Shown one piece after another: positions 12,001 through 21,446 of a stretch of DNA of 64,000 bases (within the stretch, counting starts at the first letter, position 1; the number at the start of each line of letters is the position of its first letter). Below the pieces are notes generated by a model that did no database searches, was not told the DNA's origin, and was given only the letters and a program-made list of their open reading frames with translations. A program made the translations under genes and the position numbers. The stretch comes from a virus: IMG/VR virus record IMGVR_UViG_3300023174_000063. The stretch is one strand, 5' to 3'.

Positions 12001-12273
12001 TGCAGCCTAGAAACAATTGGTTGTCCTCTATGGGAGTTTGGGCAGCAAATATTTATCGATTTTGGAACTGGAACTTCTGTTGACAATGTCTATCAAGTTA
12101 TTGGTCTTGATCACTCCCTTAAGGCAGGAGAGTTTAGAACTACAGTTAAGCTGGCGTCATTGTTGACGTGGGGCGTCTATGAATCAATGGTTGACAAGAT
12201 TATGGAGGCCACTGCAGTCATTGCAAGTGCGCCGGCGGCTAATCCTCCGGACGATCCCACTGCGAAAAATTAA
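9100..12273 (+). CDS. Baseplate hub protein (gp27/GpD-like)
   Basis: IEYGWAHP motif; C-terminal ETIGCPLWEFGQQIFIDF..DNVYQVIGLDHSLKAGEFRTTVKL typical of hub proteins; follows the LysM gene. Confidence 0.7.
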   Translation: MSNVTVRPELDEIINRLGRYFGSISKSAFLNYAAKKREKDGKIEPLSGIETAITTLGDVILDMQEGGKMTKDIIQQVNEKLNRTSPEDSENSLDTTMPSVLRITYEPIPDAAACNIVHGHTAGAKLKDQGSFAGSTDSNIFSIRKVLGKLDESNFININPEAPDKDTSPGLSVIQMIPPALTPANRDTGAISLLMNTIPTLEMSRAVPYIDIVAISRTPSLTEASNGAGRIAQMSLGQFLLGNDNVTGVSKVIAGALDQSVVKDPPPPLDNNDGTSSRASTVKDFGTAGMELFTSPQTLVNADEMHNEFDSIENSNFNTLTGEKETETLHPGGKRAAPVIDRFRPLMSLSDFKVNVSPLKGVMSYKSAEMNLILHDRSRLAEIAPFVKPDVFDRNHFLIEYGWAHPENKVHEFSPLGQSMNIKQLDDDLNANLIGLFISHMRCREKYHVINSSFTFDETGQVQINVKLAMLGGEDRFLTRIGSGGEVEEQSKAIKKVTEAIAEVRKKIGSSQAGGSEDVLGDSNILNIASTAESAVNLKKDDMKKINEFLKKNKGQSQVQEIEKLKECFTQLLGPNGDGTGTSLIASIRGSIAAEINRKMSAIKNGYDPWIRTMSLGGKDITEKNIGNYVSLGKIFTIFLGMPLADTKKFDDVQIYFYSFNDKASFAKDLNIAQFPIPCDDLEEMLKETMKLEANLPLMSFINFINNAFICDQGSPAYGMTNIFTDRDKESKLKRKLAKEFEEDGTLMFGEKQRILRSAYGEGADLVFKLPALKIKVETVPVADKTKDSDGVDEMGASKTILRVHVFDAQASSYTCLSSLLAASRRDQMGIITKSAGNVTNASTASPQHNDEFNKYLAEAVSRGLLELIPATSEKISPEMKSTEEASKGKRYYRLAGGFPALKNYISRAMPSVAYGSQNSGIIKANVQSMQNALLSTVNMQRQGLRPGDQPQSKRDAGVPMTVQPVECSLETIGCPLWEFGQQIFIDFGTGTSVDNVYQVIGLDHSLKAGEFRTTVKLASLLTWGVYESMVDKIMEATAVIASAPAANPPDDPTAKN

Positions 12274-12309
12274 TTTATAAAAATCTACTTTAAGTGCTAT
12301 CGTTGTTTT

Positions 12310-13533
12310 ATGACGACGATTCTAATTCATAAAACGCTTTCCGGAACAAAAAATCATCTTCGAAATGATCCTTCCGGATTTGCAATTACGCATGAAATTT
12401 TAGATGATAATTGGATTGTCGGCAATGAAGAGACAGTTAAGTCTGTAGATGTAGTTTCGCAGATTTTTGATGAACAGCTACCACGAATCTGTGATGCTGC
12501 ACACTTAGCTGCCTTTAAAGCTCTTAATCTGGACGAAGATAATCCAATTCCTTGGCACTTAGTTCTTTCAAAAGAAGAGTTTAAGTGCAGAATTTCTAGG
12601 ATTATGACTTCTTCTAATGAAGTGTTGAAAAAGCTTAAGCTTTCAAACTACGAAGAAATATTTGTTCAGAATAGAAAATTTTTAAAGTCATTGTCAAAAG
12701 CTGCAATCGATCTAGAAAAACTAGAAAATTATCTGAGTGACTCAAGTGACAATCCCACAAGGGCATCAACACTTAAGACTTTTTTGCCTGGTGCTGATGG
12801 TTTTGCAGACGCTATAAATTACGACCAGACTGCAACAGTAACAGGACGACTTACAGTTAAGTCGGGACCTCGAGTGCTTACGCAGCCGGCGGAGACACGT
12901 GACATATTTAAGTCTAGATACACTAATGGCACAGTTTATTCAGTTGACTTTGTTTCTCTCGAACCTCGTGTTATTAGAAAAATAATGTTTGGCGATGAGA
13001 CGCCTACTGACATTTACCAGCATGTTCAAGATCTGATTGGTAATAAGACTTTGGCGCGCAACGAAATAAAGCGACTAATCATTTCTTGCATTTATGGCGC
13101 TTCAAAACAGAGATTAAATTCTATGTCCAAGATAAGCAATCTTTCGAGCGCAATGATTACGATAGATGATTATTTTGGCATTGAAAGATTAAATCAAAAA
13201 TTACAGCAGTGTCATTCCGAGAATGGTCATATTATCAATTACTTTGGTCGCCCCGTCTTTAATGACAAAGAAGAGAGTCATTTGTGGCTTAGCCACTATG
13301 TGCAATCAACAGCTGTAGACGTGGCGCTCGATGGATTCTCTAAGATGTCAAAAGATCTGAATTGTCTAGACAAAGACATCGTTCCTTTCGCTGTCATTCA
13401 CGATGCAGTTCTCTTTGATGTGCCCAGCAAGTCAAACAATCTCTTTGTCGATTATACAAATGAACAAATCACGACAAGACTAGGTCAATTTCCAGTGTCT
13501 AGGACAGAAATTAGCAGGAGGTCAGATGTCTGA
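12310..13533 (+). CDS. polA: Family A DNA polymerase, polymerase domain only (no recognisable 3'-5' exonuclease)
   Basis: TVTGRL; motif A SVDFVSLEPRV; motif B RNEIKRLIISCIYG; VQSTAVD; motif C IHDAVLFD. Confidence 0.85.
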   Translation: MTTILIHKTLSGTKNHLRNDPSGFAITHEILDDNWIVGNEETVKSVDVVSQIFDEQLPRICDAAHLAAFKALNLDEDNPIPWHLVLSKEEFKCRISRIMTSSNEVLKKLKLSNYEEIFVQNRKFLKSLSKAAIDLEKLENYLSDSSDNPTRASTLKTFLPGADGFADAINYDQTATVTGRLTVKSGPRVLTQPAETRDIFKSRYTNGTVYSVDFVSLEPRVIRKIMFGDETPTDIYQHVQDLIGNKTLARNEIKRLIISCIYGASKQRLNSMSKISNLSSAMITIDDYFGIERLNQKLQQCHSENGHIINYFGRPVFNDKEESHLWLSHYVQSTAVDVALDGFSKMSKDLNCLDKDIVPFAVIHDAVLFDVPSKSNNLFVDYTNEQITTRLGQFPVSRTEISRRSDV

Positions 13534-14101
13534 AGATTTAGAAGTAACGTGGTCGACTTACGAGAAACTCTGCAAGAAGCTCGACGATCCCGGCGTCAAT
13601 CGATTACTCGATGAGCTTGGTGAGAGGCTAATCGTTTGTCCCTTTGCCATCAAGACGTCACAGAAAGGCTGTGAGCCTGGTGGCCTTATTAATTATCATT
13701 TGGGTGTCACAGATGTCATGCGAAAGGTGTCTGCAGCAGTTGGTGACGGCTGCTCAACTAAGTCCATTTTGAAAGTGGGCCTTCTTCATGAGATCGGAAA
13801 AGTTGGCGATGAAGTCAATAATCTTTTTCTCGATCAGGACTCATCTTGGCACAGAGAGAAGCTCGGGCAACTTTACAAGTACAACGAGCAGGTTCAGAAA
13901 ATGCCAGTTGCCCAGAGGACGCTGTACCTGCTTCAGCACTTTAGAGTCAATCTCACACTAGACGAGTGGATTGCGATCCAGGTGAGCCAGGGCTTGCATT
14001 GCGAAGAAAATAAATTCTATATTGGGTCATTGCCGCCGCTAGCGGTTCTCTTAAATTCAGCAAGGAGTTTATTTCTGCCAAATAAGATCGAAGAAGCGTA
14101 A
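13526..14101 (+). CDS. HD-domain-like protein (HE variant)
   Basis: GGLINYH...GLLHEIGK...LTLDEWIAI; HD-hydrolase pattern with HD changed to HE. Confidence 0.65.
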   Translation: MSEDLEVTWSTYEKLCKKLDDPGVNRLLDELGERLIVCPFAIKTSQKGCEPGGLINYHLGVTDVMRKVSAAVGDGCSTKSILKVGLLHEIGKVGDEVNNLFLDQDSSWHREKLGQLYKYNEQVQKMPVAQRTLYLLQHFRVNLTLDEWIAIQVSQGLHCEENKFYIGSLPPLAVLLNSARSLFLPNKIEEA

Positions 14102-14107
14102 TATTTA
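14101..14107 (+). promoter_or_regulatory. Putative late promoter motif ATATTTA
   Basis: Immediately upstream of the 14113 ATG; ATA[ATC]TTA recurs before several virion-like genes. Confidence 0.4.
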
Positions 14108-14112
14108 GTTAT

Positions 14113-14346
14113 ATGCCTAATCTCATTGATGAATTTTGTGACCACTTGGTCAAAGAGTCTAAAAAAGAACTTCTCGCTGATGACAGTCAGTGTGAAAATG
14201 AAACCAATGAGATGAGCACAGTTGGTGGCGCTATGGGAGGAGCTCCTGCAATTGCGGGCTATACGCTTCCTCTCGGTGCTAGCAATGACAATTATACAAA
14301 AACTAGACGCAAAACTAAGCGAAAATCTAAACGCAAAAATGCTTGA
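14113..14346 (+). CDS. Small hypothetical protein, possibly an internal head protein
   Basis: 77 aa; VKES and TNEM motifs, Gly-rich core, basic C-tail; late-type motif upstream. Confidence 0.6.
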   Translation: MPNLIDEFCDHLVKESKKELLADDSQCENETNEMSTVGGAMGGAPAIAGYTLPLGASNDNYTKTRRKTKRKSKRKNA

Positions 14347-14371
14347 ACAACAAGCAAAACCAAACTAAACT
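14343..14371 (+). promoter_or_regulatory. sigma70-type promoter TTGAAC-N17-TAAACT upstream of the SSB gene
   Basis: 17-nt spacer; fits the promoter class seen elsewhere in the window. Confidence 0.5.
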
Positions 14372-14388
14372 AACATTAGCCGCTCAAA

Positions 14389-14424
14389 GAAAACTAAGTT
14401 GAAAACTAAGGAGAAAACTTTATG
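14389..14424 (+). repeat. Three 12-nt-periodic direct repeats (GAAAACT core) covering the SSB RBS and start codon
   Basis: GAAAACTAAGTT GAAAACTAAGGA GAAAACTTTATG at 14389, 14401, 14413. Confidence 0.8.
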
Positions 14425-15255
14425 CCTATTGATTTTGATGCAATTCGACGCAAACTGAATAAACTTTCTGGAAATACAACTTCTCGAAAAGATTCAATGT
14501 GGAAACCAGCTGATGATAGCGAGACAAATGTGCGTCTTCTGTCATTTCCGAATAATGAGGGACAGCCCTTCAAGGAGCGTTGGTTCTACTACGGCATTGG
14601 TAATAGTCCAGGCCTTTTAGCTCCTCACCAGTTTGGCAAGCCTGATCCGGTTCAAGAGCTCATTAATAAGCTCCGCGAGGATGGCACAAAAGAGTCGCTA
14701 GAGCTTGCAAAGAAGCTGTATCCTAAGATGCGCTGCTACGCGCCAGTTATCGTTCGAGGCGAAGAGGACAAGGGCGTAAGGCTTTGGGCCTTTAGCAAGA
14801 CTGTCTACCAGTCTCTCCTCAACATCATGCTTGATGAAGACTACGGTGATATTACGGATGCACTAGAGGGACGCGACATTCGTGTTGCAATCTCTAAGGT
14901 ACCAGGCAAGTCGTACAGCGACACAAAGGTGACACCTCGAGCAAAAACCTCAAAGCTCTCGGAGGATTCTAAGAAGTTCCAGGAGTGGACATCTAATATT
15001 CCTGATCTAGATGAGCTTTACAGCTGCAAGTCATATGAGGAGCTCGAGAAGATTGTAAATGATTGGCTCAATGGCGACCAGACAGGAGATGAGACAGGAA
15101 CTCCTAGAGGTGCCAGCCCTGTGGAAAGTGATACTTCAGACCCGGACACAGATGATGCACCAGCTCAGGCAGCTCCCTCGCCTAAGAAAGCAGCTCCAGC
15201 GTCTGGCAAGTATAAGAATCTAGACGACGCATTCGCTGATCTAGAAGACCTCTGA
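14422..15255 (+). CDS. Single-stranded DNA-binding protein (T4 gp32-like)
   Basis: WKP...VRLL..P..PFKERWFYY; VIVRGEEDKGVRLWAF; DYGDITD..EGRD; acidic tail LDDAFADLEDL; next to RecA. Confidence 0.85.
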   Translation: MPIDFDAIRRKLNKLSGNTTSRKDSMWKPADDSETNVRLLSFPNNEGQPFKERWFYYGIGNSPGLLAPHQFGKPDPVQELINKLREDGTKESLELAKKLYPKMRCYAPVIVRGEEDKGVRLWAFSKTVYQSLLNIMLDEDYGDITDALEGRDIRVAISKVPGKSYSDTKVTPRAKTSKLSEDSKKFQEWTSNIPDLDELYSCKSYEELEKIVNDWLNGDQTGDETGTPRGASPVESDTSDPDTDDAPAQAAPSPKKAAPASGKYKNLDDAFADLEDL

Positions 15256-15272
15256 TTATTAACTAGCAACAG

Positions 15273-15298
15273 GGGAGCCGCATGAGCTCCCTTTTTTT
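15273..15298 (+). terminator. Rho-independent terminator after the SSB gene
   Basis: GGGAGC-cgcatga-GCTCCC followed by T7. Confidence 0.75.
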
Positions 15299-15317
15299 AT
15301 GATTAGGAGTGCATTAA

Positions 15318-16541
15318 ATGGCAAGAAAGTCTAGTGCTGTCGAAAAGGCAGACAAGCAAGATAAATCAAATGAGCAAGATTTTTCAATCGATCTAATTCG
15401 TGCGATTAATAAAGAGCAGGGAACACGTGTAGCATATAATCTAGCATGCGATGAGTCTCCCACGCACATCAAGCGCTGGATTAGCACAGGCTGCAAACAG
15501 CTTGACTATATCGTGTCGAACAGGCGCAATGGAGGACTGCCAGAGGGTCGTATCATTGAGATCTTTGGCCCACCGTCAATTGGTAAGTCTCATATTGCTT
15601 TGCAGATTGCAAGATCAACCCAGCAGATGGGCGGAATTGTTGTATACATCGACACAGAGAATGCGACGTCTGTAGAAAACCTAGGTTTGCTGGGTGTTGA
15701 TATTACAAAGCGATTTGTGTATGTTGACACTCACTGTACTGAAGAAGTGTTGTCAATTGCGGAGGCGACAATCGTCAAGGCAAAGGCAATGAACAAGGAC
15801 GTACCAATTACAATCATCTGGGACTCTGTTGCTGCAACTAGTCCTAAGGCAGAGCTGGATGGTGATTATGATGCGAATAGCATTGGATTGCAAGCGCGCG
15901 CAATTTCAAAGGGAATGAGAAAAATCACAGGCATTATTGCCAATCAAAATGTTTTGTTTGTTTGCCTCAATCAGACACGAACAAAGATCGGTGTAATGTA
16001 TGGTGACCCAATGACTACCAGCGGTGGCACGGCAATTCCATATCACGCTTCTGTCAGAATCAAGCTTGGCGCAGGTTCTCCTATCCTCAATAAGGCGAAG
16101 GAGACAATTGGAATTAATGTCAGTGCCAAGACGATCAAGAACAAAGTTTCAGCGCCATTTAGGACATGCAATTTTGAAATTCACTTTGGCAAGGGAATCA
16201 TCGAAGACGAGCAGGTCTTTGATATTCTACGACAGCACGGAGCAGAGACGTTAGCGACGGGTGAGACTGTTGAAGTAGGCGGAGATGCTGCTTGGAAGCA
16301 GGTTCTGGTTACAAACTCCAAGAACGGCGAAGTGATTCTTGATAAGAAGTTTCATAAAGCAGAGTTTGGAAGTGTTTGGCGAGATCCTGTCTACGCAAGG
16401 TACATTGATGACCTCCTTGACAAGTGCATGGTAAAGCAGATAACTGATGCATCCTCTACAGATTTTGATGAGAACTCATATGAGGAAGTTCGTGCAGTGG
16501 CGATGGAGATCCAGGATGATTTAGGCCCCGAGGACTACTAA
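15318..16541 (+). CDS. recA: RecA/UvsX recombinase
   Basis: WISTG..LD; GGLPEGRIIEIFGPPSIGKS (Walker A); YIDTENA; IIWDSVAA; IGLQAR; NQTRTKIGVMYGDP. Confidence 0.95.
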   Translation: MARKSSAVEKADKQDKSNEQDFSIDLIRAINKEQGTRVAYNLACDESPTHIKRWISTGCKQLDYIVSNRRNGGLPEGRIIEIFGPPSIGKSHIALQIARSTQQMGGIVVYIDTENATSVENLGLLGVDITKRFVYVDTHCTEEVLSIAEATIVKAKAMNKDVPITIIWDSVAATSPKAELDGDYDANSIGLQARAISKGMRKITGIIANQNVLFVCLNQTRTKIGVMYGDPMTTSGGTAIPYHASVRIKLGAGSPILNKAKETIGINVSAKTIKNKVSAPFRTCNFEIHFGKGIIEDEQVFDILRQHGAETLATGETVEVGGDAAWKQVLVTNSKNGEVILDKKFHKAEFGSVWRDPVYARYIDDLLDKCMVKQITDASSTDFDENSYEEVRAVAMEIQDDLGPEDY

Positions 16542-16542
16542 C

Positions 16543-17487
16543 ATGCGCGACGTTATTATGTTAGTCGACGCCATGAATCTCTTCATAAGACATTTTGTGG
16601 TGAATCCGACAGCAAGCAATAACGGAGCGCATGTTGGTGGTTTTGTGGGATTTCTTGGCGCAATTAGGACACTTAGCGAACGACTGAATCCTAAAAAGAT
16701 TGTGGTCGTTTGGGAGAGCGGTGGATCCCCGCGGCGCCGAAGAATTTTTCCTGATTATAAAAAGGGTAGAAGACCACAGCGTCTCAACAGAAATAACGAA
16801 GATATTCCTAATACAGTTTCAAATCATGACCAGCAGATAATGCTGATTATTGAAGCGTTGAGACATGTACCTGTTTCTCAAATTTATATTGCTGATTGTG
16901 AAGCTGATGATGTAATCGGCTACCTTGTCAAATATAAATTTAGAGATGAAAAGTGCGTGATTGTATCTTCAGACAAAGATCTCTATCAGCTTTTAAACGC
17001 TAATGTGTCACAATGGTCGCTGGGCCAAAAAATGCTGATAACTCCAGAAGTAGTTCTAGAAAAGTTTGGGGTCTCTAGCAATAACTTTTGCGTTGCTCGA
17101 TGCTTTGTGGGAGACAATTCTGATGGAATTCCAGGCGTTGAGCGAGCAGGCTTTAAAACTTTGTCTAAATATTTTACAAGTTTACGTGAACATGTCGACT
17201 TGTCGGTAGAAGATATTGTTGAGGAGGCATCTAAGCGGGTTACAAATAAATCACCTGCGCTTTTCAATAACATTGTTAGCGAGATGTCAACTGCCAAAAG
17301 AAACTGGAGCCTGATGTATCTAGACACTAGGAATCTTTCGGGAGATCAAATACAAAAAATCAATGATACATTAGAGACTTCGACACCAAATAAAAACAAA
17401 ATGGCATTAATTCGTCTCCTCCTTCGTGAGGGCATTCAGACGTTTGATGTCGACACCTTCTTTATGTCACTAAAAACACTAGGATAA
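16543..17487 (+). CDS. 5'-3' exonuclease / flap endonuclease (T4 RNase H-like)
   Basis: LVDAMNLFIR; RRRIFPDYKKGR; CEADDVIG; SSDKDLYQL; GDNSDGIPGV. Confidence 0.92.
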   Translation: MRDVIMLVDAMNLFIRHFVVNPTASNNGAHVGGFVGFLGAIRTLSERLNPKKIVVVWESGGSPRRRRIFPDYKKGRRPQRLNRNNEDIPNTVSNHDQQIMLIIEALRHVPVSQIYIADCEADDVIGYLVKYKFRDEKCVIVSSDKDLYQLLNANVSQWSLGQKMLITPEVVLEKFGVSSNNFCVARCFVGDNSDGIPGVERAGFKTLSKYFTSLREHVDLSVEDIVEEASKRVTNKSPALFNNIVSEMSTAKRNWSLMYLDTRNLSGDQIQKINDTLETSTPNKNKMALIRLLLREGIQTFDVDTFFMSLKTLG

Positions 17488-17488
17488 A

Positions 17489-18898
17489 ATGGAAACCGTA
17501 GAAACACTTCAAATTCGACGCAATGGAGATGTGAATTTTTCGAAATATGGAAAGCAGTTCCAGGAAACTATTTTCCAAGGTCTTTTGACTGACTTTACTT
17601 GGGCATCTCAAATGTCCGAAGTCATGGATCCTAGCTACTTCGATGTTAAGTATCTGACCTTTCTTGCAGAAAGGTACTTTTCATATTTTTCGAAGTACCG
17701 CACATTTCCAACTCTCGGTCTTTTGGCGACAATTGTCAAAGAGGATCTAGCAGCTGGATCTGAGACTGATCACATTTTGCGAGATCAGATTGTTGAATTC
17801 CTGCATCGTGTTAAGTCGAATCCAAATCTGGCAGACTTGCAGTATGTCAAAGACAAGAGTCTAGACTTCTGTAAGCGTCAAGCTTTCAAAGATGCTCTGC
17901 AGCAAGCAGTAGAGCTGATCTCTACAGACAAGTTTGAAAGCGTAGTGGGTCTAATGAAGAACGCTGTCGCTGTCGGCATGCCAAATTCTGTGGGTCATGA
18001 CTTCTTTGATGACATGGAGGCTCGATTTGTAAAGCAGCGGCGCATTGTTTGCCCGACCGGTTTCGCAAAACTTGATAGCAAAGAGATCTTCCAGGGCGGC
18101 TTAGGCAAGGGAGAAATCGGTGTTATTACTGCTAACACTGGCGTCGGTAAGAGTCACTTTCTCGTTGCACTTGGTGCCAATGCAATGAGAGCAGGAAAGA
18201 ATGTCTTGCATTACACCTTTGAGCTCTCAGAGACAAATGTCGGTCTTCGATATGACTCAAATCTTTGTGACATGAATAGCAATGAAATTCAGGACAATAA
18301 AGACATCGTTAAAGCACGATATCAAGATCATGACCTGGGCAGATTAATTATTAAGGAGTTCCCCACAGGGTCTGCATCAGTTCTGACACTTAGAAATCAT
18401 ATCGAGAAGCTTTCGATGAAAGGATTTGTGCCCGGTGTCATTATGGTTGACTACGCGGACGTTATGAGATCTACAAGAAGCTATGATTCTATGCGCCATG
18501 AGCTTAAGCTTATCTACGAAGAGCTCAGAAATATGGCCATGGAAATGAATGTGCCTATTTGGACTGCCTCTCAGGCGAACAGAGATTCGGCAAATTCTAA
18601 TATCGTAGGCCTCGAGAATATGTCTGAAGCATATGGCAAGGCAATGGTTGCTGACGTCGTCATCTCTGTTTCTAGAAAGGCTGTTGAAAAAGCGACAGGT
18701 GCAGCAAGACTTTTTGTTGCAAAGAACAGAGCTGGAAAAGACGGCATTCTTTTTCCTATTCACATTGACACAGGTCGCTCTAAAATAGAGATACTGGACG
18801 AGAATCAACTAACCTTGGGTGAGGCAGTAAGTCAAGATGCTTCTGACACCAAGACACTTCTACGCAAGAAGTGGAACGAATTGAACAGCCCTGAATAA
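17489..18898 (+). CDS. Replicative DnaB/gp41-like helicase
   Basis: ANTGVGKS (Walker A); HYTFEL; LIIKEFPT; IMVDYAD; IWTASQANR; VAKNRAG. Confidence 0.92.
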   Translation: METVETLQIRRNGDVNFSKYGKQFQETIFQGLLTDFTWASQMSEVMDPSYFDVKYLTFLAERYFSYFSKYRTFPTLGLLATIVKEDLAAGSETDHILRDQIVEFLHRVKSNPNLADLQYVKDKSLDFCKRQAFKDALQQAVELISTDKFESVVGLMKNAVAVGMPNSVGHDFFDDMEARFVKQRRIVCPTGFAKLDSKEIFQGGLGKGEIGVITANTGVGKSHFLVALGANAMRAGKNVLHYTFELSETNVGLRYDSNLCDMNSNEIQDNKDIVKARYQDHDLGRLIIKEFPTGSASVLTLRNHIEKLSMKGFVPGVIMVDYADVMRSTRSYDSMRHELKLIYEELRNMAMEMNVPIWTASQANRDSANSNIVGLENMSEAYGKAMVADVVISVSRKAVEKATGAARLFVAKNRAGKDGILFPIHIDTGRSKIEILDENQLTLGEAVSQDASDTKTLLRKKWNELNSPE

Positions 18899-21402
18899 TG
18901 ATGGAGAAATTTATGACAGAGTCGGTTAGAGAGAAGGCTCTTAGAGAGACAAATGAATACTTCGAGGGTGATGAATTAGCACCTGATGTCTTTATGAAGT
19001 ACGCGCTTCGAGACACCGCAGGAAATTTGCTTGAGACAAATCCCGATCAGATGCATCGAAGACTAGCAAAGGAATTCGCTCGCATCGAGAGCAAGTATTC
19101 AAATCCAATGAGCGAAGAAGAGATCTATCTTCTCCTCAAGGACTTTAGAGATGTAGTTCCCCAGGGCTCACCGATGTCTGGTATTGGAAATGCATTTCAG
19201 CTGCAGTCTCTCTCTAACTGCTTTGTAATCGACCAGCCTCATGATTCTTACGGTGGCATTCTTTTCTCTGATCAGGAGCAAGTTCAGATCATGAAGCGCC
19301 GCGGCGGAGTTGGCTTTGATGTGTCTACAATACGCCCAAAGGGACAGCCAACCACAAATGCTGCTAGGACAACTGACGGCATTGGCATCTTTATGGAGCG
19401 CTTTAGTAATTCGACACGTGAAGTCGCCCAAGGGGGCCGCCGGGGGGCCCTAATGCTTACCATCGACTGTCGCCATCCTGAGATTGAAACTTTCATCGAT
19501 ATTAAGCGAGATCTCAAGAAGGTCACGGGCGCTAATATTTCTGTTCGCTTTACAGATGAATTTATGCGCGCAATTGAATCAAATTCTGATTTTATTCTTC
19601 GCTGGCCTGTTGAGTCGACCATTGAAAGTGCAGAAATTTGCAAAACAGTTAATGCAAGGCAGATTTGGGAAAAATTTGTTGATGCAGCATGGACATCTGC
19701 GGAGCCAGGAGCCCTATTCTGGGACACAGTTGTAAATCAAGGAATTGTTGACTGCTATCGAGATGTAGGCTACAAGACAATTTCAACAAATCCTTGCGGA
19801 GAAATTCCACTCAGCCCGTATGATTCGTGTCGTCTGATGGTCGTCAACCTTACGTCTTTCGTTAACGACCCGTTTACAGGCAACGCCCAGTTTGATTTCG
19901 ACAGATTTAACAGCGTCGTGATGAAGGCACAGCGCCTCATGGACGATCTTGTTGATCTTGAGGTAGAGTGCGTGGATCGAATTCTTTCAAAGATCAAGAA
20001 CGACCCACAGCCGACTCACGTAAAGAAAATTGAGTCTGATCTCTGGGAGAAAATTCGAGCAGCAGGTCTTAACGGCCGAAGGACAGGTCTAGGAGTTACA
20101 GGACTTGGTGATGCACTAGCTGCTCTTAATATTCAGTACGGCAATGACAGATCTATTTCGATGACTGAAAGCATCTATAAAGCGTTAGCAGTTGGTGCAC
20201 ACAGGTCTTCGCTCCAGCTGGCAAAAGAGCGTGGTGCTTTCCCTGTCTTCGAGTACGAGAGAGAGAAAGATCACCCTTATCTCACAAAGGTCATGAATGA
20301 AGCTGGCAATGATGCCGTCCAAATGTGGCAATCGACAGGACGACGCAATATTGCTTTGACGACAACAGCTCCCGTTGGTTCAGTTTCATGCCTCACAAGA
20401 ACAACTTCAGGAATTGAGCCCGCATTCCTCTTGTCGTATAAGCGCCGTCGCAAAATTACTCAGGGAGATTTGACATCTCGTGTTGATTATGTCGATCCTA
20501 TGGGTGATAAGTGGCAGGAGTACACTGTCTATCATCACTGGTTTAAGAAGTGGATGGATGTGACAGGTAAGTCTGATCCAAAAGATTCTCCATACTGGGG
20601 AGGAACTGCAAATGATATTGACTGGGTTAAGTCTGTAGACATTCAGGCTGCTGCGCAGCGCTGGATTGACCACTCAATTAGCAAGACATGCAATCTCCCC
20701 AACTCTGCAACAAAAGAGACAGTCAATGATGTCTACCTTCGAGCATGGGCATCTGGCTGCAAAGGATTTACAGTCTACAGAGACGGCTGTCGAACGGGCG
20801 TTCTAGTTGCAACAGATGAGCCCAAGAAGGAAAGCAAAAAGCAGGAGGAGCGCACGGCTCCTAAGCGTCCTAAAGCGCTCTCTTGTGATATTCATAGAGC
20901 AAATGTGAGAGATGCATCAGGTGAGTCGCAGCCATGGCTCGTTCTTGTGGGACTGCTCGACGGAAAGCCGTATGAGGTCTTCTGCGGAATTCCCACAAGC
21001 ATTGAGATTCCAAAGAAGTACAAGACAGGCAGCATTGTCAAGAATGGCAAACGAGACGGTATTACAACTTATAATCTACATGTTCCTGTTGATGATGAGA
21101 ATCTAGTGTTTAAAGATATTGCGAATCTATTCGACAACCCCACACAGGGTGCATTTTCGAGGACAGTATCTCTGGCACTACGTCATGAAGTTCCCATCCA
21201 GTATATTGTTGAGCAGATCCAGAAAGACAAGAACTCTGATATGTTCTCATTTTCAAAGGTTGTTTCAAGAGTTCTTAAGGGGTATATACCTGATGGAGCA
21301 AAGACCGGAGGCATGACGTGCTCTGAGTGCGGTAGCAAAGACCTCGTCTATCAAGAGGGCTGCATGACATGTGCATCCTGCGGAAGCAGTAAGTGCTCGT
21401 AA
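18898..21402 (+). CDS. nrdJ: Class II (adenosylcobalamin-dependent) ribonucleotide reductase
   Basis: SLSNCFV; GGVGFD; QGGRRGALM; STNPCGEIPL; RRTGLGVTG; APVGSVS..TTSGIEP; SISKTCN; KGFTVYRDG; C-terminal CSECG..EGCMTCASCGSSKC; no nrdB neighbour. Confidence 0.93.
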   Translation: MMEKFMTESVREKALRETNEYFEGDELAPDVFMKYALRDTAGNLLETNPDQMHRRLAKEFARIESKYSNPMSEEEIYLLLKDFRDVVPQGSPMSGIGNAFQLQSLSNCFVIDQPHDSYGGILFSDQEQVQIMKRRGGVGFDVSTIRPKGQPTTNAARTTDGIGIFMERFSNSTREVAQGGRRGALMLTIDCRHPEIETFIDIKRDLKKVTGANISVRFTDEFMRAIESNSDFILRWPVESTIESAEICKTVNARQIWEKFVDAAWTSAEPGALFWDTVVNQGIVDCYRDVGYKTISTNPCGEIPLSPYDSCRLMVVNLTSFVNDPFTGNAQFDFDRFNSVVMKAQRLMDDLVDLEVECVDRILSKIKNDPQPTHVKKIESDLWEKIRAAGLNGRRTGLGVTGLGDALAALNIQYGNDRSISMTESIYKALAVGAHRSSLQLAKERGAFPVFEYEREKDHPYLTKVMNEAGNDAVQMWQSTGRRNIALTTTAPVGSVSCLTRTTSGIEPAFLLSYKRRRKITQGDLTSRVDYVDPMGDKWQEYTVYHHWFKKWMDVTGKSDPKDSPYWGGTANDIDWVKSVDIQAAAQRWIDHSISKTCNLPNSATKETVNDVYLRAWASGCKGFTVYRDGCRTGVLVATDEPKKESKKQEERTAPKRPKALSCDIHRANVRDASGESQPWLVLVGLLDGKPYEVFCGIPTSIEIPKKYKTGSIVKNGKRDGITTYNLHVPVDDENLVFKDIANLFDNPTQGAFSRTVSLALRHEVPIQYIVEQIQKDKNSDMFSFSKVVSRVLKGYIPDGAKTGGMTCSECGSKDLVYQEGCMTCASCGSSKCS

Positions 21403-21439
21403 AAAAATAAAAAAAAATTTTAAAAATACTTTTTTAAGA

Positions 21440-21446
21440 ATATTTA
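21440..21446 (+). promoter_or_regulatory. Putative late promoter motif ATATTTA with upstream A/T tracts
   Basis: Intergenic, about 100 nt upstream of the fibre-like gene. Confidence 0.4.
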
